A DNA stretch of 64,000 bases from Octopus sinensis (taxonomy: Eukaryota). The stretch spans positions 23,746,001 to 23,810,000 of the forward strand of contig NC_043004.1 in the NCBI RefSeq assembly GCF_006345805.1, written 5' to 3'. Shown here in pieces: positions 12,721 through 24,952 of this stretch. A model generated the notes under the pieces. That model had not been told where the DNA came from and did no database searches. It saw only the letters and a program-made list of their open reading frames with translations. The stretch's first letter is position 1. The number at the start of each line of letters is the position of its first letter. Position numbers and translations under genes: made by a program.

Positions 12721-15447
12721 TGAGATAAGATATATACACACATATTAGAAATGTCTATAATACTGCAGTCTTCAGCTCGAGATAAAGTACACTTCACATG
12801 ATCTCGATAACTCCGTATGCTTAAGAAATAAAAAACATAAAATGTCGGATACTTCCTCTTCAATAGACTGCAGATGATAATGTTGATGATCGGACAATGT
12901 TTAGCTTTGATTGAGAAGATATTTAACCAAAAACACTACAACCACGAACCCCTTGTGTATATCATTGCTTTAATTGTAACTTTTTAAAGACAGTTGGATT
13001 AATTTTGAAGGAGATTGAGTTGTTATTTCTAGAAGGTCGCAAAATGACATAGAATTTTTCTGGTTGGTCTGTGATAAAGATAGATAGTAAATATCATAAT
13101 ATGGTACAATCAGTTGATGTTTAGTGAGAACAGGAATGAAAATGATACAGGAAAGAATTGAATTGTCTGGAAGGACGAAACCCAAGAAGGTACTCGTAAT
13201 TACTAGAAATTTTCAACATATTTTATGGGTGTACATAAATCAATGAGCCAAATGAACCAAAGAAAGAGCCTCAACGGGGTCACTTAACCAGCTAGATATC
13301 GTGACACAATCTCTATCATTCTAAAGTTCACCGTATTCAAAAAATAGAACGAAATACATATTGGTTAATGCAATCTTAGATAAACATTGTGCCATACACA
13401 AGAAAAGAAAAATATCTCCGACAGACATGAACATGTTGTCTTTGTGCGAAGGTCTGCCCAGTGAAGGATCCTCTGGGGCTAAACAACATTATGTGAACTA
13501 GTGACAGCCCGAATCACACTTTCTGCAGGTGAAGAAGGAATTATTTATATATCATCGCAACACAAGATTTTGGCACTGTTACAATATAGAGTCCAAAGTT
13601 TTAATAATGTCGATTTTTAGTAAAACTCATTGGGATTCTACGGTTAGACATATTGATATCCTAAAGATTTACTAAAGGAAGTCAAAAAGAAATCACAGCC
13701 AAAACTACTTTTGAAACTAATCAGTAATAAAATCACAGCATAGTTGTTAAGTATATCTTCAATATTTATTCCTTAGCATCTTAATAAAATAAAATGTATA
13801 TTAGACAGTGCAAATGTAAAATAATTATGTCTGAGAAGAAAACTGGGATGATCACAACTTAAACGATCTTGTTCATATGGGAGCTCGATCACAGCTGATC
13901 TAAAGTTATTTAACAGCAACAACAACTATACTTTAGGAACATATCAAAATAACTCGAAGATAGAAAGACAATCTTTTTGAGAATTATTTATAACATCTGT
14001 TTGAATGCAAAGAAATGTAGGGTAAAATGTGGCACCAGAGTTATTGGGATATCATTTAGACATATATGACGGACAATTATGTACGAAAGGTTCCAAAACA
14101 TAGTTGAAAAAGTGTTAACATGTGATTGTTTTATTGTAAATAAAGTTAAAGAAAAGAGAATCATTGAGCTTTGTGCTGACTTTGTTAATAATGTAAGAGA
14201 AAAAATATGGATTATTGCTACGAACGGAAAAATTATGCAGTTGCTGAAATTTTCTACCTAAAACGTGAAGTATAACCTATCTGCACGGCACTATATAATT
14301 CAATTGAATAGAGGAATAAGAATAGTGGAAGACAATCGGCAGAGGTCGCTAGACGACATGCATTGTATGGGATACGTCAATTTACATTCGGATTTGAAAC
14401 TCCACTGAGGTTGTGTTTGTCATTTATCCTTCAAAAGCTGACAAAATAAGAACCAGAACCGAAATCGATTAACTCACTACACCCTACACCTGCAACATTT
14501 GTAGATTTGTGCTATGTTGGAAATAATAAATTTTAATGAAGAATCATTGGTGAACTTATGTATGCTCATTAAATGCCTTTAATGAGTATAGAAACTGTGA
14601 ATACTTCATTTTGTTATATGATTGAATGCTATGGCTTCCAATTTAACCGAATGAAAAACTAATTCGTTAGAAGTTTTCCTATTTTTTTTATTACCAAGTT
14701 GAACGAGGCTTCCATGCTATTTCTAATTCAACGAAACTGAATGAAGTATTTTCATGTTTTAAATCCATTTACGAATGACAGGTTATACATGAAATCAGTT
14801 TATAGTTTTTGGAATCATTGCAATTAGGATAGTATAGAATTTTATTGATTATTGATCATACGTGCTGTGTTTATTTCTATGGAAACTAGAAACAAGAACA
14901 GCAGACCAAATTTCGAAATTAACACCTACAATTGTTGCAGTGGAATGTATCGTTTAATTTATGAGACAATTAATGAGAAGACGGCAGGAAATATAGGAGA
15001 TATTTAATTGAGGAAAAATTGGTCCTTATTATTGTGGTAGAACTATGTCAGTGATTAGGCCGTAGTTGTGAGACGAAAATTTAGACATTTCAAGAATTGA
15101 ATTATTTCTTGCTATTTAAAAAAAAATGAGGAAAATTTGTGGTTCTTGTAAAATGACAACGATTATGTCATTTAGTTTTTCTGTTTAGGAAAGTAAAATA
15201 TTTTTATGGAGATTTCTTGTTAAACTGTTGGTAAAGTGAAACTTTTGTAGCTCTGTTTCATATGAAATAACAAAAAGCGTGGGTTTTGGTCAAATGGTGT
15301 GACCTGAATTCTTTCATTAACGTATTCTTTCATAATACATATTCATTTATGTATGCGTTGGTAATTAAGCACAAAACATAAAGTTAGCTTGTTGATCTTA
15401 CATCATTCTTGAAGGTCGCAAACGAACAAATCAGGCAACAAAAATTA

Positions 15448-15470
15448 AATAATAATAATAATAATGATAA

Positions 15471-15511
<41 letters not shown>

Positions 15512-15512
15512 A

Positions 15513-15545
<33 letters not shown>

Positions 15546-15556
15546 TAGTAGTAGTA

Positions 15557-15598
<42 letters not shown>

Positions 15599-15600
15599 GC
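15448..15600. repeat. Trinucleotide (AAT)n(AGT)n(AAT)n microsatellite
   Basis: Direct reading; similar tracts at 20145-20205, 20420-20550, 31590-31712, 32697-32908 and 34910-35003. Confidence 0.95.
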
Positions 15601-17039
15601 AACAATAGAAATGAAAGTGAAAATATTGAAAAGTAAAGAAAATGGAAGAGAGAGGAATTATAGTGGTGGGGTTAAAAAAGCAAACTTCTTTTGAGATCAA
15701 TCGACAATTTGAAATTCGTGACAGCCAGATGTTGCCTCAACGCTATATGACACCGACTTATGCATAAATGATATGGCGTGTGTTATTTCTCTCATGACTT
15801 GCGTGTAATAAAAAATTTTGAGAGACTAACTTTATAAACTATACAATTGTCTTTGTTTGCTAATCAAGTTGAGAATACGGAATTAAATACCTGCTATTTC
15901 GGTGACTAACAGGCATGGAGAATGCCAGAGAGATTACAGATCTTTCTTAACAACAGTTTAATGCTTAAGAAGAATTTTGTTAGAAAGCCAAAACTTAAAT
16001 GAATAAATAGATAAAAAAAAATACAGGAAATTTTCATCAATGATGAATTGAGACATGTCAGAAATCGATCAATAATTTAATCTAATCCGGTTCCTTCTGG
16101 ATTAGAAAGAAACATTACACAACGTTCAACTACAGAAATAACAAGAAATTTATTAAAAAACAAAGTATATAATAATGGTTAAACTGGCAACAATGAAATT
16201 GAAATCATATTTAGTTGACCACAGTTAAACATTTACTAAAGCTGTTTGTTAGTAAACATATGGTCACATATTGACTGTTTAATTCAGAGTGATGAATCAG
16301 CATCCCAGTGTGTTATAACATCATAACTCTATTTCGATGCCGATGTTATATAAATCACCAAACAAATTTTATGTGTAAGTTCTGTTTTAATTGTGAACTC
16401 AGGGCTTATTTCTTTTATTATGACACATTCAGTAACTCAACTATTTAAACAGTTTCAATACGCTTGATTCAAACATTTCCCATAAACGTTCCCCCCACGG
16501 AACGATATTGCAGTGAACACGTTTTTCTATTTCTACTAAAGGCGTGTGTGATGTTTAAATAATTAAAATTTAATGTATTTATTAGTATAAATATAGATAA
16601 TGAGCCGCTGGAGCAATTACGTGGATAGGATGTGGGAATAGTGAGAAAATAGTCTACAGTTATATTGTATTACTGCTGCCTAAAATGAAAAAAATTAACC
16701 ACTAACTGCCTGCAAAGTCGCTACTTAGGATTGAAATCTCATCACTGTATGCAATGTGTATTGTTTGATAACCGTATAGAATTCCAATTCTCCCGTAAGG
16801 CGAGTTGCCTTACATGAAACTAAAAGTTTTCATTGTGGAGCTTTAAAAAAGCGACATGGAGCTTTAAAACCTTATTCTGTAATCTGTACATAACGTTGAA
16901 ACTAATGACCATACAGTATGAAAATAGTTTGGTTTCTGTGAAGTAGCAGAACCTTATTGATACGCATAATAAGATTTATTAAACCTAATTAATGAGCATT
17001 ATTTACATTTGGCGGATATTTGTCCTCTTGTTTGTTGTT

Positions 17040-17086
17040 AACACAAAGTTTCGACTGATATACCTTCCAGCCTTCATCAGATGTCT
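17040..17086 (-). ncRNA. Minimal hammerhead motif in PLE pseudo-LTR, stem III damaged
   Basis: Reverse complement reads GACAU-CUGAUGA-A-GGCUG-(10 nt)-CAGUC-GAAA-CU-UU-GUGUU; stems I and II pair, ACUU replaces a palindromic ACGU. Confidence 0.55.
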
Positions 17087-17169
17087 TGGGGATATTTCGA
17101 ACCTTGGTTCTTATTCCTAAGGCATTTTTCGATGTTGTTGTTGTTATTATTATTATTATTATTATTATT

Positions 17170-17244
17170 CAGGTCACTGCCTAGAATCGAACTCGGAATC
17201 TTGGGGTTAGTAGCCCGCGCTCTTCAGCACTGCGCCATATGCCC
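17170..17244 (-). pseudogene. tRNA-like segment (Pol III box A/box B) embedded in the PLE
   Basis: Reverse complement GGGCATATGGCGCAGTGCTGAAGAGCGCGGGCTACTAACCCCAAGATTCCGAGTTCGATTCTAGGCAGTGACCTG: box A TGGCGCAGTG, box B GTTCGATTC, loop CT-ACT-AA. Confidence 0.55.
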
Positions 17245-17627
17245 GTATGCAATTATGGAGTGAATTTTAGGGCTTATAAATGTAATAGTCTCTTCTCCTT
17301 CCTTAATACCGCTTCCCATATGCTACTCATATCTGCACTCGACTTGCTTAGGAGGTTTTTGTGTCCTAACGTATGTGCTGTTTCTTTTAGTTTTCGTATT
17401 TTCCAGTGGTGTTCTCTATCTATTATTTTAACTTCATCCCACAGGGGGAGGTGGTCTCCATTTTCCACTGGAAAATACGTAAACTAAAAGAAGAATCACA
17501 TATGCTAGGACATAACAACCTCCTAAGCAGACCGAGTACATATATGAGTAACATACGGCAACCGGTATTAATGAAGGACAGGACAATATTAGACTTATAA
17601 TCCCGAATTCGATTCCAGGCAGTGACT

Positions 17628-17691
<64 letters not shown>

Positions 17692-18949
17692 TAATAAAAA
17701 GTAATAATAATAATAAAAAGTAATAATAATAAAAGTAATAATAATAATAATAACAACATCGAAAAATACCTTAAGAATGAGAACCCAGGGCAAATCTCTA
17801 ATGAGATTTAGTGATTACAATACTCGCATGACAAAAAATTATGAAAATATTCGAACTGAACAGCTTCTTAATTAAACCAAAATTAATTTAGTAACATTAA
17901 TTAACCATTGAATGATGTGCCTGACTAGAACATTTTGGATAATTAGCAATTTAAAATTGTAAAATTGTTTGTTGAAAATAGATTCTTATGTGGTGGACGA
18001 CCAGATGTATTAGAAATAATTTTTTTTTTTACTCAGAGTTAATATATTCTACAATATTCAGTAATTTTCAAAGCCTTACTATGAAGTAAATCATCAGAAA
18101 GTGTGAGGATAATACTGATTTTATTCTGAATGAAAAATTTTACACAGTGAAAATAATCAGCTTAACAAGAGAAAACTTGCTGTAAACTTGAAGTCTAAGC
18201 TTTGGTGAGTTCTAATTGATTACAAGAATGGCAAATGGCTACCATAATCAATAGTGTGCGTGTGTGTATGTGAGTCAGTGTGTGTTTATGAATGTGTGTG
18301 TTGTAGCAATGGCATTGACAAATTACACAATATTCTGCTTTAAAAAATAGAGTCATTCTAACTTGACCTTATTGATTCTTTGATATCAGTGTTTGTTTTC
18401 GAGAACTTCCAAGCACTCAATGTACACACATTTAATCAATCACTGTATATTATATACTATGAACTTTAGGTATCATTTTATTCCTTAATGATATTTCTTT
18501 ACCGATTCAATAATCGTATTTTTAAAACACGGTTTCAATTTTGATCGTGTTGATAATATATATAATATACAGTTGCTATCAGATTTAATATACCAAGGCT
18601 TAAAAGTGTAACAAGGTCTTTATGGTTGTTTGACACAAAGCATTTGCTGTATTATTTGCGTATTACCGATGTCCCTTAGTCTCTTAGTATCATCTATGAT
18701 TGTTGGTATTTTCGTATTTGTCTATAGTGGTTACATGATAGGGTGCAATTTGAGGGAAATTTGGCGGCCATTTCTAGTAGATCAAGCCACTAATTTCTTA
18801 GCCCATCATTACCTGTTTTTCAAGTATGTCAAAGTATAGGAACAGCAATCATATCCCCTTCTCACAGCCTGCCATCAAAATCCGGAATGATACATTGAAG
18901 TATATAGTCCTATATTAAATCGTTAATCTTTTAGATGATTTGATCAATA

Positions 18950-19195
18950 GATCTTGGGCATTCTTCGGCATCAACTCGAAGGGTTTAAGTTAAACGAATC
19001 GAATCCAGTGCTTACTTTTAATGCTTCGTATTTATTCTTTCGGTCAAGCGGTAGTGGGGGAAAAACAAAAGGACACAATCACATACATGGATATAGTAAA
19101 AGAAATTCTGCCAAGGCGTCACGCAGTGGGACCGAACTTAGAACCATATGGTTGGGAAGAAATCTTTCAAACTTCTTACCATCCATGCACCTATA
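18950..19195 (-). mobile_element. SINE family B (internally shortened)
   Basis: gccaaggcgtcacgcagtgggaccgaac...ccatatggttggg. Confidence 0.7.
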
Positions 19196-20014
19196 AATGA
19201 GTTCCCATGCATGGAAAAGAACTCCGTGTGGCCATATTTTATTTTATTTTTTACATGAAATCACCTCCATCAGGAGCGACCTGGGGTTAAACAACAACAA
19301 ATTCAGCAACAGAAGAACCGGGGATACAAGATACGTGTGAAAGAACTAAGCTGTCTTTCATTGCGTGATGATCGCTGCGGAAGCAGTAGTAATGCACTAG
19401 ATCCATTCCATTAGAATAGGGCCGCCCTAAATAAGGTGTAATCAATAAGTAATGGTAATAAAGTCTGCGAAAGACTAACTTTTAATTGAATGATATAGTT
19501 TTTATTTCAAAGAATAAGTAGCAGCAAATACATATCACTTAGAATCAACCTATTATATAGCTTTGTAATAAAATCGGCGTTCTTTTTCTAGAAATCAATA
19601 ATCTTGCCAATTCACATATAATTATATGAATTGGAATGATATTATAATCCATAAAAGTGAGACGCCTCCCCACCACTCCCCAACATATCATCTTACCAAA
19701 TATACATGCACACATAAAAACATACACATACATACATACATACATACATACATACATACATACATACATACATACATACATACGTACATATATATATGCT
19801 GTGCCTGAAAAACATCGAAAAAGGCAATATGGTAGACAATTACAGGCTGATATCTTGTATTCAGAGTAGATGCCGAAAATAACATAAAATAAAATAAGTT
19901 TGGATTTTGATGAAACGCGCTTAAATATGTAAATATCTATAATTTACCAAATAATAATTCACTAGCAACAACAACAACAACAATAATAGTGGTTTCAAAT
20001 TCCTCCACAATGAC

Positions 20015-20141
20015 AGCAATTTTGAGGGAAAGGATGAATCGATTACATCGACCGCAGTATTCAGCTGGTACTTATCGACCCCGAGAGGATGAAAAGTAAA
20101 GTCGACGACGGCGGCATTTGAGCTCAGGACGTAAAGACAGA

Positions 20142-20206
<65 letters not shown>

Positions 20207-20402
20207 CCTTCCTACTAAAGGCACAAGGCCTGAAATTCGTAGGAAGGGGACGAGTAAATTACATCGATCCCAGGACTCAACTGCTACTTAATGTATCGAC
20301 CCTGAAAGTATGAAAGGATGAAGGGCAAAGTCGACCTCGGCGGAATTTGAACTCAGTACGTAAAGATACACGAAATGCTGCTAAGCAATTTGCCCGGCGT
20401 TC
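20015..20402 (-). mobile_element. Two SINE family A copies separated by (AAT)n
   Basis: aaagtcgac...ggcggcatttgagctc near 20100 and aaagtcgacctcggcggaatttgaactc near 20330. Confidence 0.8.
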
Positions 20403-20457
20403 TCTAGGACAAAATGTTTAACAATAATAGTAATAATTATTATTACCATTATTATTA

Positions 20458-20507
<50 letters not shown>

Positions 20508-20719
20508 TCTATTATCATTATAACTATTATTATGTATATAATGATCGTTATAATGATAATAAAACAGGTCTACGAAACCATTTTGTTAAATTCTTGTCTA
20601 ATTTTAGTTTTACAATTTTACTATATAAAATTCTTGATATTCTCTCCACGAAAAACTAAAAATAGTATGAAAATTCAATAGTATCGTAATTGAACGTGAA
20701 GAATGGAAGGTAGAAAAGG

Positions 20720-20773
<54 letters not shown>

Positions 20774-21084
20774 GTACATAAATACGGTTATATGTATGCA
20801 TACATGCATACATACATACATACATACATACATACATACATACTTACATACATACATACATACATACACACATGCATACTTCCAGATAATAACAACCAAA
20901 AAGCACTAGGGGTAAAATTACTATGATGCTGAATGTGTGTTAGATTTCCATAAATTCCTTGAGAGCAAAACAATTTCTGAAGGCATTAGAACATCAACAT
21001 TTCTATATCTCAGTACAGGACTATTCTAAAACATGAATTTTTATCAGTAAATAGGCTAGGTCAATAGTTTACATTGGTTTTAAA

Positions 21085-21262
21085 TTTTGGTACAAGGCCA
21101 GAAATTTAAGGGGAGGGGATAAGTCGATTATAACGACACCACATGAGTGGTACATATTTTATCGACCCAGAGAGGATTAAAGGAAGAGTCGACTCCGGTG
21201 GCATTTGAACTCGTAACGTAAAGAAATGCCGCTAAGCAATTTTTCCGGTGCCTTAACGATTT
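21085..21262 (-). mobile_element. SINE family A
   Basis: gtcgactccggtggcatttgaactc...gccgctaagc. Confidence 0.75.
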
Positions 21263-22182
21263 TATCAGTTTGTCTCCATAAGTAAATAAATTATATTTAA
21301 AATAAGTTAATTTTTCACACAGACATAAAATATACCCTTCTAATGCAAAATCATACTTGATTATGAGTTAAGTAGATGAAAACTTGTGTACATTATTCTA
21401 TGTCACTGTTGAACTCGCTCGTACAACTTGTATGTGTATATATTGGCTTAGTGGCACAGAGTGTTTGGAAACTGTGGATAAAGTGCAAGTTTTATACTTG
21501 TCGCTAACTTTTTCCTCTTCGCCTTCTGATAGTAATTACCCAACTATTCCGCGTTCAAAAATTATATGGGTATTTAAAAATCTCAGTGCCCTTGTGTTAT
21601 TTGCAAAGGGAGGTCATCCTCCCTCGAAAACCTAAGTACTACATACGGACTATAGTTTCAAGGTAATTGCCTCTCGTCAACGCATGGTAAGCACCGGTTT
21701 TCGATGAAGGAGACCCCTTGCAAATAATATTTAACGTTTTTCACAGCAACCACTGTCACTGATTTAGAAAAACTGTCTGAAAGCAATAATAAATCTCTGA
21801 ACGAGATATAAACAGTAACCGCTCGACAACGTAATAGATTAAGTATACATTAATAGAATAAACTGTCGGTTTTCCAAATAGCGAATGGAAACTTAGAAGA
21901 GAAAGTGAGAGACTTTGCAAATGGGAATGGAATACTCCTCAGTGAATGCAATGAATATTTAAACTTGTGAATTGGGCGCAGTGAATACAATGAATATTTA
22001 AAAGTGCGAGAAATAGGACTTAAAAAATTTCAAGAAACTTGAGAAATCGAAATTATAGGAAATTTCTATAAATATAGTTTATAAAAATATTTCCAGATGC
22101 TCAGCTCTTTAATAACTGCTTTGTTTTAGTACTTTTAGTATTCTTACATATCTAATTAATAAGCAGCTTTCTCCATTATAAT

Positions 22183-22260
<78 letters not shown>

Positions 22261-22520
22261 ATGAAATTCCAGCAAAGTCCGATTTTCACGTTTTATTAAT
22301 TGCAGTTTTTAGAACACGACTGTCACTACATAAACAGGACGACTACGTAACGCACGGAATGTAAAATAGTAGAATTGTAAAAATTGCGAATAATAAAACG
22401 TGGCCTTCAGATTAAGTTGGAATTGTCATGAATTAATATATTCTTTTATACACGATCATACAAACTCTTATATATATATATTATATATATATATATATAT
22501 TATATATATGTATATAAAGT

Positions 22521-22850
22521 TTAAAATTAGAACTAAGCTTAAGGACGCATAAAGCGTCAAACCTGTTTAGAAGTAGGAGCCAAATCTCAAATCCATCACC
22601 TGAAGGAACCGGAATATGATAAAGACAACAGTAAGCGATGGAATGGTTAAAGAATTAAACAACTAAAAACATTCCATACTGACATAATCCTTAATGGTAT
22701 ATTTTTAATTCTTTATTTCTTTAACCGTTCGCTGGCGTACTGTTGTCTCTATCATATTTCGGTGCCTTCAGGTGGTGGATTTGGGATTTTAGCTCCTCTT
22801 TCTAAATAGGTTTGACGCTTTATGCATCCTTAACCTTAGAGCTAATTTAA
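22521..22850. repeat. Long inverted repeat (arms about 135 bp, spacer about 59 bp)
   Basis: Left arm gcataaagcgtcaaacctgtttagaa...cacctgaagg...atatgataaagacaacagta pairs with the right-arm reverse complement; a few mismatches per 30 bp. Confidence 0.85.
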
Positions 22851-23015
22851 CATTTTAATTTATAGCTATATATTGCTATTTAAAAACCTGGAACCACCTA
22901 TATTATTATTGTTATTTTTATCAATTACTTATATTCACCACAGATATTAAAAATAACATCTTTCTTCGAATGTTTACATTCGAATTTTGCTCATAAATAA
23001 ATAAATATATATATA

Positions 23016-23058
<43 letters not shown>

Positions 23059-23076
23059 GTGTGTGTGTGTGTGTGT

Positions 23077-23111
<35 letters not shown>

Positions 23112-23143
23112 CTATGTATGTATATATATATATATATGCATAT

Positions 23144-23172
<29 letters not shown>

Positions 23173-23174
<2 letters not shown>

Positions 23175-24285
23175 CTAGCATTATGACCCGTCGTTGCCGG
23201 GTCATAGTGCTACTGCATGTATATATGTGTATATATATATGTGTAAATATTACATGTACATCTATATATATACATCTACACATATACAAAATACAAAGTT
23301 ATATCTTGATATCGCTAGTGATAACAATACTTAAAATATATAACAGATTGGAATTGTAAGCCCGTCTCTTGCAATTTCGATCAATTGTATCTTGTCCTCC
23401 CTCTTGTATAGAAGTGTGGCTACAATCCAGCCTACCTCAACTTCTGGCGGGGGAGGGGCATTTTTGATTTTTATCCGGCACGTCCTACGTCCCAGATATA
23501 AAGGTAAAAATAATATATTTCCACTTTGCAAGTTCGAATCGAGTACTCCCTTGCACCAAGACACTTTTCGATGGTGCTTTCCTCCAGGTGTTCAAATCTT
23601 CTTTTTTCTCTACATTGTATACTTTATAGACAATAGTCTTTTCTTTAATTTAATTTTTTATTATCCATCTGGACTATTCCATTTCTGCACGCTAATTTTA
23701 TTTTTAATTTATTCCCATTCGTGTGAAACCACTTATTCAAGTTCAAGTCATTGATGCAATTTTATACCAATTGCTATTTTTACTTTTGTTATGTTACGAT
23801 TATATTATACTTTAGTTTGATTTTAATTATTACTTACTACATATAATTCAATTGTTATTATTATTTTTATTGTTAAAGTGAAAGTATCTGACATAAAATA
23901 GAGAAATGTTTTTGTTTCACTTTTAACACGTAATACTGAAATAGTGGAGAAGATATGATATTGCTATGGGCTCGCTCTAGGCAAGAAGTTGAACATTTTC
24001 TTTTGCCCATGAAACTACATGGACCCTAAGTAAGGCATGTGTAAAATTTGAATGAAATTGGTTGTGTAGTTCTCAAGTTTTAGGGAATCATAGTGGAGAA
24101 GATATGATACTGCTGTGGGCTCGCCCTAGGCAAAAAGTAAAATTTTTTTTGTCGTCGATGACACTCCCCGGACCCTAAGTAAGGCATGCGTAAAATTTGA
24201 ATGAAATCGGTTGTGCAGTTCTCAAGTTTTAGGGAAACAGACAGACAGACAGACACACACACATTCTCAGTTTTATATATATATT
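23173..24285 (+). mobile_element. Helentron/HINE (DINE-like) non-autonomous element
   Basis: 5' TACTAGC with a 15-bp hairpin, 3' aaaatttgaatgaaatcggttg...acagacagacagac...ttttatatata, inserted in a TA run; internal tandem duplication of about 150 bp. Confidence 0.6.
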
Positions 24286-24430
24286 TGAATTACTGTCTGA
24301 AAATTTTAATATGAAATTTCTTACGTGTTTGTGCAATTTTGTGATTCCATTAGCAAATGAAACATGTGGCGCGAACGCCTAATGCCAAAACATTTTCCAG
24401 TTTCCTGTTTAGTTATACATATAGATTTCG

Positions 24431-24555
<125 letters not shown>

Positions 24556-24934
24556 CCATTTAATTTAGAATCTAACATTCAATCGATTGGTCAGTCTTTG
24601 TAAAACACAAAGACCAATAGTTCAGCAAATTTCATATATCTTTACTTAGTTTGATACATACATTGATAATGTATCGAGCTTTATCACGTAAATTGCTAAC
24701 ATAAAATCAAAATGTAACGCCTCTGGCACTAATATTCTGAAGATGAAAATGAAATGTTTTTTGATATAATCTTTTGTGAGTCACAAAATTATCCCCATTT
24801 TCCTATCAGTTTTATGTCAGTGAACCGGCAAAATATTGTCAACATTGCTGTTTATGAATATATTTCACACAAACTATGAAAATATTCGAATCAACGAATG
24901 ATTGTTGACTGATCGAGTTGAATAGAAAACTTAC

Positions 24935-24952
24935 AATACTGAAGCTCCGACC
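24935..24952 (-). other. Candidate 18-nt microexon (GRSFSI), unconfirmed
   Basis: Minus strand aaacctttag|GGTCGGAGCTTCAGTATT|gtaagt: consensus donor, weak acceptor, in frame after the phase-0 end of the 26495 exon. Confidence 0.2.

Larger units (their letters stand above)
16997..17795 (-). mobile_element. Penelope-like element 3' fragment with inverted 5' copy (GIY-YIG C-terminus, tRNA-like segment, (AAT)n, HHR)
   Basis: Minus ORF WDEVKIIDREHHWKIRKLKETAHT (17274-17468) mirrored by plus ORF HWKIRKLKEESHML (from about 17465); non-coding 17100-17200 is mirrored at 17600-17795; HHR at 17040-17086. Confidence 0.75.

Noticed and set aside
24330-24409. Minus-strand AG...GT segment ETGKCFGIRRSRHMFHLLMESQNCTN
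   Set aside because: Poor pyrimidine tract, 80 nt would shift the frame, and no resemblance to receptor-GC sequence.
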